Assembly (NCBI GenBank): GCA_029262675.1
Contig: JAJCYW010000010.1
Location: 129,166-193,165, forward strand
Length of the DNA stretch: 64,000 nt
Direction: 5' to 3'
Source: Chloroflexota bacterium
GTDB taxonomy: Bacteria; Chloroflexota; Dehalococcoidia; DSTF01; RBG-16-68-14
Part shown: piece by piece, positions 28,975 to 39,512 of the stretch
Layout: every line of letters starts with the position of its first letter
How positions within the stretch are numbered: position 1 is the first letter of the stretch
The notes under the pieces: model-generated
Database searches by the model: none
Told to the model about the DNA's origin: nothing
The model's input: only the letters and a program-made list of their open reading frames with translations
Program-made: the position numbers and the translations under genes

Positions 28975-30360
28975 ATGACCACGGCCCCGAACATCCAGTT
29001 CGTGACGACCGAAGACGGCGTGACTATCGCCTACACCGTTGCGGGAGAAGGGCCGCCGTTGGTCTGCACGCCCGACTGGGTGAGCCATCAGGAGCTGGAG
29101 TGGCAGGGTGACAACGGGGACTTCGTCCGGCGGCTGGCACGCGCCTGCACGCTGGTGAGGTTCGACGGCCGCGGCAGCGGGCTGTCAGATCGTGACGTGG
29201 ACGATCTCTCCGTCGACGCCCGGTTGCACGACCTGGAGGCCGTCGTCGATCACCTGGGGCTGGAGACGTTCGCCCTCTTCGGATTCAGCCAGTGGTCGCC
29301 GGTGGCCATCATGTACGCGGCGAAACACCCGGAAAAGCTCACTCACTTCATACTGTACGCCGGCTTCTGTGAAGGCTTCATCACCGCTGAAGGGCGGGAT
29401 CAACGAGGCGAGCTAGGCCGCGCCCTGCTGGGGCTGATCCGCGCTGAGTGGGGCGTGGGAGCGCGGGCGATAACCGGCTTCATTCACCCGGACGCGGATC
29501 TGAAGGAGCAGCGCGAGATCCTGCAGTTCCTGCGTCAGGCCAGCTCCGGCGACGTTGCGGCGCGCATCCTCGAAGAAGGCATGTTCGATGTCGATGTCGC
29601 GCACCTCGTCCCGCAGATCCAGGCGCCCAGCCTCGTTATCCATCGCCGCGACGACAACGCGGTCGGTCTCGATTGCGGCCGGCGCGTCGCTTCGCTGCTC
29701 CCCAACGCACGCTTCCAGCCCCTGGACGGCGACCACCACATGCCTTCGGGGGGCGACTCGCTCGCGATCGTGCGCGCCGTCGAAGCCCACCTGGGCATCG
29801 ATGCGGCACCTGCGGAGGCCGCGTCGGAGGCGCCGAGAACGCACGCGCAGGCCAACGCTCCCATTGCGTTGCTCTTCACCGACTTGGAGGGTTCGACGAC
29901 GCTGACCGAGCGGCTCGGCGACGAACGGGCGCAGGAGCTGCTCCGCGAGCACAACCTGATCGTACGGGAAGCGCTGGCCGGTCACGGCGGCAGCGAGGTG
30001 AAGCACACGGGCGATGGCATCATGGCGTCCTATCCCTCGGCTTCCAGCGCGTTGGACGGCGCCGTCCAGATCCAGCGGGCGCTGGCGAAGCGCAACGAGG
30101 AGCGTGACGGCGATCCGCTCAATGTGCGCATCGGCATCAACGCCGGAGAGCCGATGCACGAACAGGACGACCTTTTCGGCACGGCGGTGCAACTGGCGCG
30201 CCGCATCTGCGACCTGGCGGCGCCCGGCCAGGTTCTCGTGTCGAACGTCGTACGGGAGCTGGTGGCCGGCAAGGGTTTCCTCTTCGCGGACATGGGCGAA
30301 ACGGCCCTGCGCGGATTCGAGGATCCCATGCGGATCTACGAGGTCCGCTGGGCCGAATAG
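28975..30360 (+). CDS. Alpha/beta-hydrolase fused to class III adenylate/guanylate cyclase (LipJ-like)
   Basis: RFDGRGSGLSD, GFSQ; LFTDLEGST, VKHTGDG, RIGINAGE, DLFGTAVQLARRI. Confidence 0.88.
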   Translation: MTTAPNIQFVTTEDGVTIAYTVAGEGPPLVCTPDWVSHQELEWQGDNGDFVRRLARACTLVRFDGRGSGLSDRDVDDLSVDARLHDLEAVVDHLGLETFALFGFSQWSPVAIMYAAKHPEKLTHFILYAGFCEGFITAEGRDQRGELGRALLGLIRAEWGVGARAITGFIHPDADLKEQREILQFLRQASSGDVAARILEEGMFDVDVAHLVPQIQAPSLVIHRRDDNAVGLDCGRRVASLLPNARFQPLDGDHHMPSGGDSLAIVRAVEAHLGIDAAPAEAASEAPRTHAQANAPIALLFTDLEGSTTLTERLGDERAQELLREHNLIVREALAGHGGSEVKHTGDGIMASYPSASSALDGAVQIQRALAKRNEERDGDPLNVRIGINAGEPMHEQDDLFGTAVQLARRICDLAAPGQVLVSNVVRELVAGKGFLFADMGETALRGFEDPMRIYEVRWAE

Positions 30361-30475
30361 GCCCGAATATCGCCTCTTCTCCACATAACACGGAAGATAA
30401 CGCCCCAGAATCGGCGCAGATACGTGTCCGTAGCTGCGTGGTTGGGTAGAATGAGGCCAGGAGCGTGATACTTCT

Positions 30476-33298
30476 ATGACCACCGACAGCAATATCGGCG
30501 CCGTCCGTCCGATCAAGATCGAGGACGAGATGCGCGCCTCGTACCTCGATTACGCGATGAGCGTGATCGTCCAGCGCGCGCTGCCGGACGTCCGCGACGG
30601 GCTGAAGCCAGTACAGCGCCGCATCCTCTACGCTTGCTACGAGCAGGGCATCCGCTCCGCCTCTCGTTACAAGAAGAGCGCCGGTATCATCGGCGAGGTG
30701 CTGAAGAGCTACCACCCCCACGGCGACTCCCCGGTCTACGAAGCGATGGTGCGCATGGCGCAGGACTTCTCCCTGCGTTACCCGCTGATCGATGGCCAGG
30801 GCAACTACGGCAGCGTCGACAACGACCCGGCCGCCGCTATGCGGTACACGGAGGCCCGCCTGTCGGCGATCGCCGAAGAGCTCCTCCTCGATATCGACAA
30901 GGACACCGTCGACTTCACGCCGAACTATGACGACAGCACGACCGAGCCGCGGGTGCTGCCGGCGCGGCTGCCCAACCTGCTGATCAACGGTGCCAGCGGC
31001 ATCGCCGTCGGCATGGCGACGAACATTCCGCCCCACAACCTGGGCGAGGTCTGCGACGCGATCTCGAAACTGCTCGACGAGCCGGAAACGACCACGGACG
31101 AGCTGGCGGAGATCGTCAAGGGGCCGGATTTCCCCACCGGCGGCATCATCTTCCGCATGCGCCGCGAGACCGAGTACGACGCCGAGGGCAAGCGCATCGA
31201 GGTGATGAGGGACGCGGTCAAACAGACCTACGGCGACGGCCGCGGCCGCATTGTGATGCGGGCCTGCACCGACGTGGAGTACATGGGCCGCGGCGACCGC
31301 ATGCAGATCATCGTAACGGAGCTGCCGTTCCAGGTGAATAAGGCGGCGCTCGTCGAGCGGATCGCCATCCTCGTCCGCAACAAGAAGATCGAAGGCATCA
31401 GCGACCTGCGCGACGAGTCCGACCGCCACGGCATGCGCATCGTCATGGAGTTGAGCCGGAACGCCAACCCGCAGCAGGTGCGCAACGCCCTCTTCAAGCA
31501 CACGGCGATGCAGAGCACGTATCCCGTCAACCTGCTGGCCCTCGTCGATAACCAGCCGCGAGTCATCAACCTCAAGACAGCGCTGGAGCAGCACATCATC
31601 TTCCGGCGAGTTGTCATCCGCCGCCGCACGGAGTTTGACCTCGGCAAGGCGCGCGAGAGGGAGCACATCCTTCAGGGCCTGATCAAGGCGCTGGAGCACC
31701 TGGACGAAGTGATCAAGACCATCCGCGCCGCCGACTCCGCCGACGACGCGAAGACGAAGCTGCAAGCAGCACCGTTCGATCTAACCGAGATCCAGGCCCA
31801 GGCGGTGCTGGACATGCAGCTTCGCCGGCTGGCTGCGCTGGAACGCAAGAAGATTGAGGATGAGTACGCCGAAATCATCAAGCTGATCGCGGAGCTAGAG
31901 GATCTGCTGGCGAATCCGAAGAAGATCGACTTCTTGATCCAAGAGGACGTCGCGGAGCTCAAGGAGACGTACGGAGACGAACGGCGCACGCAGATCGTGG
32001 CCCAGGAGGCGGAGCAGTTCTCCGACGAAGACCTCGTCGCGCATCAGGAAGTCGTCATCACGCTCAGCCAGCGCGGCTATATCAAGCGCCTGCCGTTGGA
32101 CACCTACCGCCCGCAGCAGCGCGGTGGCCGCGGTATCGCCGGCATGGGGACGCGAGAGGAGGACGCCGTCCACCGCCTCGTCGTCGCCGATACGCACGAT
32201 AGCCTGCTCTTCTTCACAGACCGCGGCCGTGTCTTCCAACTGCGCGCGTTCGATGTGCCGGACGCCTCGCGTCAGGCCAAGGGCATCCCCCTAATCAACC
32301 TGATCGAGATCGAACAGCGTGAGCAGGTCACGGCCGTCGTGGCGGCGCGCGATTTCGACAAGGACGCGATGGTCCTGGCGACGCGCATGGGCGAAGTGAA
32401 GAAGACGCCGCTCAAGGAGTTCGCTTCCGTGCGCCGCGCCGGACTGATCGCGATGGACTTCGAGCCAAACGACGTGCTGATCTCCGCCAAGCTGGCTCAC
32501 AACGACGACGACGTCGTCTTCGTCACCTCCGACGGCCAGTCCGTCCGCTTCCCCGTCTCCGAGCTGCGCTCCGCCTCGCGCGCTAGCGGCGGTGTTCGCG
32601 GCGTCAAGCTCGCCAAGGGGGCGACGGCAGTCAGCATGGAGGTCGCGTCGGCCGGCGACGAACTGCTCATCATTAGCGAGAACGGTTTCGGTAAGCGCAC
32701 GCTGATAGACGAGTACCCGCAGCACCACCGCGGTGGCATGGGCGTTCGCACATTCAAGGTGCTCGACAAGACTGGGCCCGTTGTCGCCGCGCGGATGGTG
32801 ACCGGTACACAAGAACTGATAGTCATCTCTCGCGATGGCGTCGTGCTGCGTACGCGCACGGAAACTATCTCGGTCCAGGGCCGCTCGACGCAGGGCGTTG
32901 CCGTCATCGGCGTCGGGCCCGGCGACGCGGTCGGATCGCTCGCCGCTATCGATATGGAGAGTCTGCAGGCCGCGGCAACGGCCGAAGGGCCGGAGCCGGA
33001 CGAGCCCGTCGAGCCCGGCACGAACCCCACGAACGGCACGCCCGTCACGGGCCAGACGCCAGCCGGGCAGACTGCCTCGCGCGGCAAGAAAGCGGCGCCT
33101 AAGTCGGAACCTGCCCCGGAGGCGAAGGCGGCGCGTAAGACGAACCCCGTCCGAGAAAAGAAGGCGCTGAGCAAGGCTGACGAGGCGCTGGAGAAGGCTG
33201 AACGCGCCAATGCCAAGGCGAAGGCTGCCAAGTCGAACGGCAAAGGGCCGGGCGGCAAGAGTCCGGACGAACCTAAGCCGAAGCGCCGCGGCAAGTAG
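30476..33298 (+). CDS. gyrA: DNA gyrase subunit A with long C-terminal tail
   Basis: [26 protein letters not shown], GyrA-box QQRGGRG, beta-pinwheel repeats. Confidence 0.97.
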   Translation: MTTDSNIGAVRPIKIEDEMRASYLDYAMSVIVQRALPDVRDGLKPVQRRILYACYEQGIRSASRYKKSAGIIGEVLKSYHPHGDSPVYEAMVRMAQDFSLRYPLIDGQGNYGSVDNDPAAAMRYTEARLSAIAEELLLDIDKDTVDFTPNYDDSTTEPRVLPARLPNLLINGASGIAVGMATNIPPHNLGEVCDAISKLLDEPETTTDELAEIVKGPDFPTGGIIFRMRRETEYDAEGKRIEVMRDAVKQTYGDGRGRIVMRACTDVEYMGRGDRMQIIVTELPFQVNKAALVERIAILVRNKKIEGISDLRDESDRHGMRIVMELSRNANPQQVRNALFKHTAMQSTYPVNLLALVDNQPRVINLKTALEQHIIFRRVVIRRRTEFDLGKAREREHILQGLIKALEHLDEVIKTIRAADSADDAKTKLQAAPFDLTEIQAQAVLDMQLRRLAALERKKIEDEYAEIIKLIAELEDLLANPKKIDFLIQEDVAELKETYGDERRTQIVAQEAEQFSDEDLVAHQEVVITLSQRGYIKRLPLDTYRPQQRGGRGIAGMGTREEDAVHRLVVADTHDSLLFFTDRGRVFQLRAFDVPDASRQAKGIPLINLIEIEQREQVTAVVAARDFDKDAMVLATRMGEVKKTPLKEFASVRRAGLIAMDFEPNDVLISAKLAHNDDDVVFVTSDGQSVRFPVSELRSASRASGGVRGVKLAKGATAVSMEVASAGDELLIISENGFGKRTLIDEYPQHHRGGMGVRTFKVLDKTGPVVAARMVTGTQELIVISRDGVVLRTRTETISVQGRSTQGVAVIGVGPGDAVGSLAAIDMESLQAAATAEGPEPDEPVEPGTNPTNGTPVTGQTPAGQTASRGKKAAPKSEPAPEAKAARKTNPVREKKALSKADEALEKAERANAKAKAAKSNGKGPGGKSPDEPKPKRRGK

Positions 33299-33307
33299 CG
33301 TCCGGGC

Positions 33308-33793
33308 GTGGCGGGCTCACCTCACCTTCAGCCGAATCCCGAGACGAACATCCGCGACGCCCGCGTGGCCGACCTGCCGCGCATTGTGGAGCTGTTAGCC
33401 CAACTATCGATCAGCGCACCGCGTGAGCAGCCGGACGAACCGCTGCCGGACGCCTACGCCGCCGCGTTCGCCGATATCAGCGCCGACCCACGGCAGCGGC
33501 TGCTCGTCGTCGAGGCGGCAGGAGAGATCGTTGCCAGCGCTGCTCTGATCATCGTCCCCAACCTGTCGCATCAGGGCCGCCCGTACGCGCTGATCGAAAA
33601 CATCGTCGTCGATGAGGCGCGACGCGGCGGGGGTGCCGGCGAGGCGCTCGTGCGCTATGCGATAGCCGAGGCGCGTGCCGCTTCCTGCTACAAGCTCTCG
33701 CTCACCAGCAACAAGCGCCGCCCGGACGCCCACCGCTTCTACGAACATCTCGGGTTCAACGCGACGCATGAGGGGTTCCGCGTCGAGCTCTAG
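33308..33793 (+). CDS. GNAT acetyltransferase
   Basis: IENIVVDEARRGGGAG, CYKLSLTS, AHRFYEHLGF. Confidence 0.88.
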   Translation: MAGSPHLQPNPETNIRDARVADLPRIVELLAQLSISAPREQPDEPLPDAYAAAFADISADPRQRLLVVEAAGEIVASAALIIVPNLSHQGRPYALIENIVVDEARRGGGAGEALVRYAIAEARAASCYKLSLTSNKRRPDAHRFYEHLGFNATHEGFRVEL

Positions 33794-33820
33794 TAAAGGT
33801 CGCTGACTAGCGACCGCGGC

Positions 33821-34237
33821 CTAACGCCCGGCGCGGCCGTTGAACGTGACTGTCCGATCCGGCCGTAGCCGGATCGTGATCGAGTCGCCGCCCGCCGTGC
33901 TCTCCGTGTAGGCCTTGCCCATCTCCTCGCCCAGATAGCGCGTCGCCAGCTCCAACCGGCGGTCGTCCGTCAGCGCTGCTTCGATCTGCGCCTTGCCGCT
34001 AACGGTCGCCGAGAAGTAGGGGAGTTCTCGGCTGTCGATGACGAGTGCGATCTCCGGGTTGCGCTCGATATTGCGGTGCTTCTGCGAGCCTTCGCCGGTG
34101 GACACCAGCAGGTCGCCGCCGTCGTAGAGGTACCAGACCGGCGCGGCGTGCGGCCGCCCTTTTCCGTCGACCGTTGCCAGCACAGCAATGTTCGCTTCCT
34201 TGAGAAACTCCTGCAGGTCCGTCTCGTCGCTCATCAT
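33821..34237 (-). CDS. Pyridoxamine 5'-phosphate oxidase-like (PPOX class, possibly F420-dependent) protein
   Basis: AVLATVDGKGRPHAAPVWY, KHRNIERNPEIALVID. Confidence 0.85.
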   Translation of the reverse strand: MMSDETDLQEFLKEANIAVLATVDGKGRPHAAPVWYLYDGGDLLVSTGEGSQKHRNIERNPEIALVIDSRELPYFSATVSGKAQIEAALTDDRRLELATRYLGEEMGKAYTESTAGGDSITIRLRPDRTVTFNGRAGR

Positions 34238-34911
34238 CACTCCTTCGTCCAGATTGTGTCGTCGTGGCTGAAGTATACGCGCTGCGGCGACAGCGCCCGC
34301 AGCAGCGTCAGCGAACGCGCGTATGCCGCGTCGTCCCATTCGCCGCTCATCGGGTGCGCTGCGCCGGTCCACTCGGCGGCATCGTACGCGGCCTGCCCGG
34401 CAAGGACAGTGAGGCCGTTGTCCGTCTCTACCAGCATGCTCTGGTGGCCCGCCGTGTGGCCCGGCGTCGGAAACAGCCGCACGCCGCGAGCGATCTCGGT
34501 TTCGCCGTCGATCTGTACGTACGCAGCGCCGTCGAACTGCGCCCACTCGGCGATCGTATAGAGCGGTGCCCGCGACGTTTCGAGTTCCGCAGTCTGTACG
34601 TAGATTGGAGCGCCGGGGAAGAGGCTGTTTTCGCCGCAGTGGTCGAAGTGGAGGTGGCAGTTGACGACTCCGACCACGTCACCTACCGCTACGCCCGCGT
34701 TCGCCAGCGCATTCGCGAGTTCGATGCGCTCAGGGCTGTACAGCTTTTCGATGCCCGGATGGCCGCCGCCGACGCCGGTGTCGAAGAGAATCGCGCCGTC
34801 CGGGTGTCGTATCAGCGACGCTTGGATTGGGATCGGCGCTGGGCTTCGCGGATGCCAGTCCGGGGGCGTCACATGGCCTAGCGCCAGTGGCATGATGTCG
34901 ATGCCGCCCAC
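34237..34911 (-). CDS. MBL-fold hydrolase, AHL-lactonase family-like
   Basis: LFDTG, CHLHFDHCG, TPGHTAGHQS, C-terminal SHD. Confidence 0.85.
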   Translation of the reverse strand: MGGIDIMPLALGHVTPPDWHPRSPAPIPIQASLIRHPDGAILFDTGVGGGHPGIEKLYSPERIELANALANAGVAVGDVVGVVNCHLHFDHCGENSLFPGAPIYVQTAELETSRAPLYTIAEWAQFDGAAYVQIDGETEIARGVRLFPTPGHTAGHQSMLVETDNGLTVLAGQAAYDAAEWTGAAHPMSGEWDDAAYARSLTLLRALSPQRVYFSHDDTIWTKE

Positions 34912-34914
34912 AGC

Positions 34915-35964
34915 CTAGTATCCCCGTTCGGGATCCGCCAGGTTCATCAGCCGTTCACCGGCCAGGTAGCGGCGCAGGTTGTCGCAGAAGATGCCGACGG
35001 CGCGCTGGTTGTAGATCTCCGTCCCGCCCGAGATGTGCGGGCTCATAATCACGTTCTCCATGCCCCACAGCTCGCTGTCTTCTGCCAACGGCTCCTGGTC
35101 GAAGACGTCCAGGCCGGCGCCGGCGATCTCTCCGTCCTTCAAAGCGCGGATCAGCGCTTCCTGGTCGACGACGGCCCCGCGCGCGATGTTGATCAGCACC
35201 GCGCTGGCCTTCATCTGCCGCAGCTCAGCCTCCCCGATCAGGCCGCGCGTCTCCTCTGTGAGCGGCACGGCGAGCACGACGAAGTCGCTCTCGGCCAGCA
35301 GCGCCGGCAGCTCGCCGGGCGGCAGCAGCGTGCCGATGTCGCTGTCGGCGCGCTCGGTCACGCTGCGGCGCGTCGCGAGCACGCGGCACCCGAACGCCTT
35401 CGACAGCCGCGCCACCTCTTCGCCGATGTGGCCGAGGCCGACGACGCCGACCGTCTTCCCGTAGAGCTCCTGCGGCATGTAGCGGACCCACTCGCCGCGG
35501 TCCTGCGCTCGGACGAAGCGATGCCCGCCCTTGCAGAACATCAGCATCGACAGCAGCACGTACTCGCCGATCGGCGTGGCATGGAGGCCGCTGGCGTTGG
35601 TCACCATCAGGTCGCTCTCGATCAGGCCGCTGCGCGCAGCGCGGTCCAGCCCGGCGCTGGTCAGTTGCAGCCAGCGTAACTGCGGCGCGGCCTCTGCGAG
35701 AGCCTGGGGATTCGGGTATAGCTCGATCAGGCCGGGTCCCCAAAACCCGAAGAGGACCTCCGCCGCCGACATCGCCTCCTCGAATTCCTTGCGGGCGGTC
35801 TGCGCCTCCAGTTCGCTGGGGTACTTCGACTGCCCCCGGAAGAGCCGGCGCGCATCCTGGCCGAGCACGACGATCTCGATGCGCGGGTTGATGTCCGCGA
35901 TCTGCTGCACCAACTCCGGCTCCAGGGCGAAGCTGACAAGCACGCGCACCTTCTTCTCCGTCAT
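34915..35964 (-). CDS. D-2-hydroxyacid dehydrogenase
   Basis: SAGLD, VVGLGHIG, INIARG, AGLDVFDQEPL, SPHISG. Confidence 0.92.
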   Translation of the reverse strand: MTEKKVRVLVSFALEPELVQQIADINPRIEIVVLGQDARRLFRGQSKYPSELEAQTARKEFEEAMSAAEVLFGFWGPGLIELYPNPQALAEAAPQLRWLQLTSAGLDRAARSGLIESDLMVTNASGLHATPIGEYVLLSMLMFCKGGHRFVRAQDRGEWVRYMPQELYGKTVGVVGLGHIGEEVARLSKAFGCRVLATRRSVTERADSDIGTLLPPGELPALLAESDFVVLAVPLTEETRGLIGEAELRQMKASAVLINIARGAVVDQEALIRALKDGEIAGAGLDVFDQEPLAEDSELWGMENVIMSPHISGGTEIYNQRAVGIFCDNLRRYLAGERLMNLADPERGY

Positions 35965-36003
35965 CGCCTCGCGTCCTCCTCTTCGGTTACAGGCCGTCGG
36001 CGG

Positions 36004-36738
36004 CTAGAGGCCGTCGCTGAGCCGTTCGATCAGCCAGCGCGGCAGTGCGGCCTTCCGCATCGCCAACTGCGTTTCCTCGATATCATACTCAACCCGCGCG
36101 AACGTGACGCTGCGATCCTCGTCGTCGTAGAGCGCGTATCCGGCTCGCGGGTCGCCGTCGCGCGGCTGGCCCGCGCCGCCCGGGTTCAGGATCAGGCGCT
36201 GTTCGTCAAGCTGGACGCAGTCGCCGTCCTGCGCGCGCTCCAGGGTTGGCGGCGCGGCGGCGTCCTCCCGGCAGACGAACGCCAGGTGTGAGTGGCCAAC
36301 GATGCTGTAGCGCGTCTCCTGCAGCGCGAACTGGGCCGCCGCCTGCGTCGTCGAGAGCAGGTACTCCCACTCCGGGTCGCGCAGGCTGCCGTGGACGAGC
36401 GTGAAGTCACCCTCCTGCACGACGAACGGCAGCTCCTCCAGGTAGGTGCGCGACCGTGGTGTGAGCTGTGTTGCTGTCCAGCGCGCGGCGGCTGCTGCGG
36501 CGTTGTTGAACTCCTCGACGCCCATCTTGCCGCAGGCGGCGAGGTCGTGGTTGCCGGCGACGGCGACGTGGTCGAACTCGCGCAGCAGCTCGACGCATTC
36601 GTTTGGCTGCGGCCCGTAGCCGACGGTGTCGCCCAGGCACCAGACCGCGTCGACCGGCCCTTGTTCGACTGCGTGACCGAGCACGGCGCGGAACGCGGAG
36701 AAGTTTGCGTGAACGTCGGCTACGATCGCGATTCGCAT
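36004..36738 (-). CDS. Metallophosphoesterase
   Basis: ADVHAN, LGDTVGYG, GNHD, VHGS, GHSH, NPGGAGQPRDGD. Confidence 0.92.
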   Translation of the reverse strand: MRIAIVADVHANFSAFRAVLGHAVEQGPVDAVWCLGDTVGYGPQPNECVELLREFDHVAVAGNHDLAACGKMGVEEFNNAAAAAARWTATQLTPRSRTYLEELPFVVQEGDFTLVHGSLRDPEWEYLLSTTQAAAQFALQETRYSIVGHSHLAFVCREDAAAPPTLERAQDGDCVQLDEQRLILNPGGAGQPRDGDPRAGYALYDDEDRSVTFARVEYDIEETQLAMRKAALPRWLIERLSDGL

Positions 36739-36835
36739 GGGGTGGGCAGCCTCCAGTCCGTGGATCTTAGCACGCAAGGCGCAGTCGGTACGCCTGCAAG
36801 ACACCCGTTCGTCATACTCGCGTTATACTCGACGC

Positions 36836-37882
36836 GTGAAAGTTTCCGAACTGGGTGAATTCGGGCTGATCGAGCGCCTGCATCGCGTGCTCGACGTGCG
36901 GCCACGTGCCGCGCAGCCCGGCAGGCTGGCGATTGGCATCGGTGATGACGGCGCGGTGTGGGTGGACGGCGAAGGGCCGGTTCCTGGCACCGGCGCTCGT
37001 TCCGCGACCATTGCCACCACCGACACGCTCGTCGCCGGCGTCCACTTCCTCCCGGATGCCGCACCGTGGGCCGACGTTGGCTGGAAGGCGATCGCCGTCA
37101 ACGTCAGCGATGTCGCCGCCATGGGCGGGACGCCGGAGTTCGCGCTGGTCACGCTCGGCCTGCCGGCGGACGCCGACTGCGAAGACATCGATCGGCTGTA
37201 CACCGGCATCGCGGAGGCCTGCGGGGCCTACGACATGTCCATCGCCGGCGGCGACATCGTCCGCGCGGACCAGTTCTTCATCACGGTCGCGCTCTATGGG
37301 CGGGCAGACGTCGACGCGGACGACAGCCTGTTGGTGCTGCGCAGAGATGCCGCGGCCACGGGCGACATCGTCGCCGTCACCGGCTGCCTCGGCGGCTCCG
37401 CTGGCGGCCTACGCGCGCTTCAAGATACGAGTCCGGACTCGGACGCGAAACGCGCCCTCATCGCCCGCCACCTGCGGCCGCAGCCTCGCGCTGCAGTCGG
37501 CCCGGTCGCGGTTGCTGCCGGCCTGCGCTGCGCTATCGATGTCAGCGACGGCCTTTTGCAGGACATCGGTCACGTCTGCGAAGCTAGTGGACTCGGCGCA
37601 GTGATCCACCAGGCTGCCGTGCCAATCGAACCTGCGCTCATAGAACTCTACGGCCACGAAGAAGCGCTGCGGATGGCCGATTCAGGCGGCGAGGACTACG
37701 AGCTGCTGCTCATCGGCGGGCGCGATGCGCTGGATAGCCTGCGCGAGCAGATCGACGTGTCGCTCACGGAGATCGGCGAGATGGTCGCAGACGATGCCGG
37801 CCGGGTGCGATTGCTGGACGCCGCGGGCCGCGATCTCGTTGTCGGCGCGGCCGGGTTCGACCACCTGCGGGGAGCACGCTAG
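36836..37882 (+). CDS. thiL: Thiamine-monophosphate kinase
   Basis: GEFGLI, GIGDDGA, VNVSDVAAMGG, IAGGD, IDVSDGL, GGEDYELL. Confidence 0.95.
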   Translation: MKVSELGEFGLIERLHRVLDVRPRAAQPGRLAIGIGDDGAVWVDGEGPVPGTGARSATIATTDTLVAGVHFLPDAAPWADVGWKAIAVNVSDVAAMGGTPEFALVTLGLPADADCEDIDRLYTGIAEACGAYDMSIAGGDIVRADQFFITVALYGRADVDADDSLLVLRRDAAATGDIVAVTGCLGGSAGGLRALQDTSPDSDAKRALIARHLRPQPRAAVGPVAVAAGLRCAIDVSDGLLQDIGHVCEASGLGAVIHQAAVPIEPALIELYGHEEALRMADSGGEDYELLLIGGRDALDSLREQIDVSLTEIGEMVADDAGRVRLLDAAGRDLVVGAAGFDHLRGAR

Positions 37883-38359
37883 GTGCAGGTCGAGACCGAG
37901 ACTCACGAAGAGACCCACGCGCTCGGCGTGCGCCTCGGCAATCTGCTGCGCCCCGGCGACGTGCTGCTGCTCCACGGCGAGCTGGGCAGCGGCAAGACGG
38001 TGCTGGCCCAAGGAATCGGACAGGGACTAGAGGTTGCCGAGCCCGTCACCAGCTCGTCCTACGTGCTGATGACGGAGTACGCGGGACGGCTGGACCTTTT
38101 TCACGCCGACTTGTTCCGGCTGGACGACCCCGCACAGGTCGCCGACCTGGCGTTGGAAGAGGTAGCCGCCGCCGGCGTTCTCATCGTCGAGTGGCCGGAG
38201 CGCGCCTGGGAGGAGCTGCCCTCCCGTCACCTGCTCGTGTCGATAGACGAGATCGGCCAGGGCCGCCGTCTCACACTCACGCCCCGCGGCGAGCGCTATG
38301 ACGAGCTGCTGGCGGCGCTCGGGACGCCGCCGGTGGAATCCGGGGCCGGCCGTGACTGA
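37883..38359 (+). CDS. tsaE: t6A biosynthesis ATPase
   Basis: GELGSGKT, VTSSSY, HADLFRL, IVEWPE. Confidence 0.93.
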   Translation: MQVETETHEETHALGVRLGNLLRPGDVLLLHGELGSGKTVLAQGIGQGLEVAEPVTSSSYVLMTEYAGRLDLFHADLFRLDDPAQVADLALEEVAAAGVLIVEWPERAWEELPSRHLLVSIDEIGQGRRLTLTPRGERYDELLAALGTPPVESGAGRD

Positions 38360-39023
38360 GGGACTAGAACTATCAATTGACACGGCGTCGCAGCTTGCGT
38401 CTATCGCGCTTACGCGGGAGGGCACGCCTCTCGCGGAGCTTACGTGGCGGATCGACCGCGACCACTCCAAGCAGTTGCTGCCCGCCGTCGAGAGTCTCCT
38501 CGAGCGTCAGGGTGTCTCGCGGCACGACCTGACCGCGATCTTCGTATGCACCGGCCCCGGCGGTTACGCGGGCGTCCGGGTGGGCGTCAGCACGGCCAAG
38601 GGACTGGCCTTCGCGCTGGAGCGGCCTCTCGCGGGCGTTGGCCGGCTGGAGATCGAGGCCTACGCCCACGCTGGGGCGGGCGGGCCTGTCGTCGCAGTCC
38701 ACGCCGCCGGCCGCGCCGAACTGGCCTGGGCGGCCTACGCCGCCGGCCCAAACTGGCACGAGATGTCCCCGCCGCAACTCGCCGGAGCCGCCGCGGTCGT
38801 CGCCGCGCTGCCGGAAGGCGCCCTCGTCACCGGCGACGTAAACGCCGAGCTCGCGGCCGTACTCTCCGAACGCGGCCATCGTATCGTGCGCGGCGCGGCG
38901 GCCGTGCGGCGGGCGTCGTTGCTCGGGGAGTTGGGCTGGGCGCGATTGCAGGCTGGGCGGCCGGATGACCCTAAGTCGCTGGTGCCCCTATACTTACGCG
39001 AGCCCGCCATTGGGCCGCAGTAG
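38352..39023 (+). CDS. tsaB: t6A biosynthesis protein
   Basis: SIDTA, HSKQLLP, GPGGYAGVRVG, PLYLR. Confidence 0.92.
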   Translation: MTEGLELSIDTASQLASIALTREGTPLAELTWRIDRDHSKQLLPAVESLLERQGVSRHDLTAIFVCTGPGGYAGVRVGVSTAKGLAFALERPLAGVGRLEIEAYAHAGAGGPVVAVHAAGRAELAWAAYAAGPNWHEMSPPQLAGAAAVVAALPEGALVTGDVNAELAAVLSERGHRIVRGAAAVRRASLLGELGWARLQAGRPDDPKSLVPLYLREPAIGPQ

Positions 39024-39042
39024 TTAATCGAGGTCTCACAGC

Positions 39043-39492
39043 ATGGAACGAACGCTGATTCTGATCAAACCAGACGCGGTTCAGCGCGGGCTGGTTGGGG
39101 AAATCATCTCGCGTCTGGAGCGCCGCGGCCTCAAATTCGTGGCGTTGAAGCTGACGAAGGTAGACGATTCGCTGGCCCGCCGCCACTACGCGGAGCACGA
39201 AGGCAAGCCGTTCTTGGAGTCGCTCGTCGGCTTCATCACGTCCAGCCCGCTGATTGCCGCCGTCCTGACAGGGCCCAACGCGGTTGAAGCCGCCCGCACC
39301 ATGATGGGAGCGACCGACCCGCAAAAGGCCGCGCCGGGGACAATCCGCGGCGACTTCGCAGTCTATGTCCAGCACAACCTGATCCACGGCTCGGACTCGC
39401 TCGAGTCCGCGAAGCGGGAGATCGCGCTCTTCTTCGACGAAGCGGAGATCGTGTCGTGGGAGCGCAGCACGGACGTCTGGCTCCACGAATAG
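39043..39492 (+). CDS. ndk: Nucleoside diphosphate kinase
   Basis: [28 protein letters not shown]. Confidence 0.97.
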   Translation: MERTLILIKPDAVQRGLVGEIISRLERRGLKFVALKLTKVDDSLARRHYAEHEGKPFLESLVGFITSSPLIAAVLTGPNAVEAARTMMGATDPQKAAPGTIRGDFAVYVQHNLIHGSDSLESAKREIALFFDEAEIVSWERSTDVWLHE

Positions 39493-39512
39493 GCCTGGCC
39501 GCCAGCCATTCC

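Noticed and set aside
30137..31765. 542-aa minus-strand ORF and similar long shadow ORFs (2166-3404, 13462-14490, 29413-30516, 53623-54795)
   Set aside because: Antisense to well-supported genes; expected in high-GC coding DNA.
30476..33298. ParC rather than GyrA because gyrB is not adjacent
   Set aside because: The GyrA-box (QQRGGRG) and a full pinwheel domain are present.
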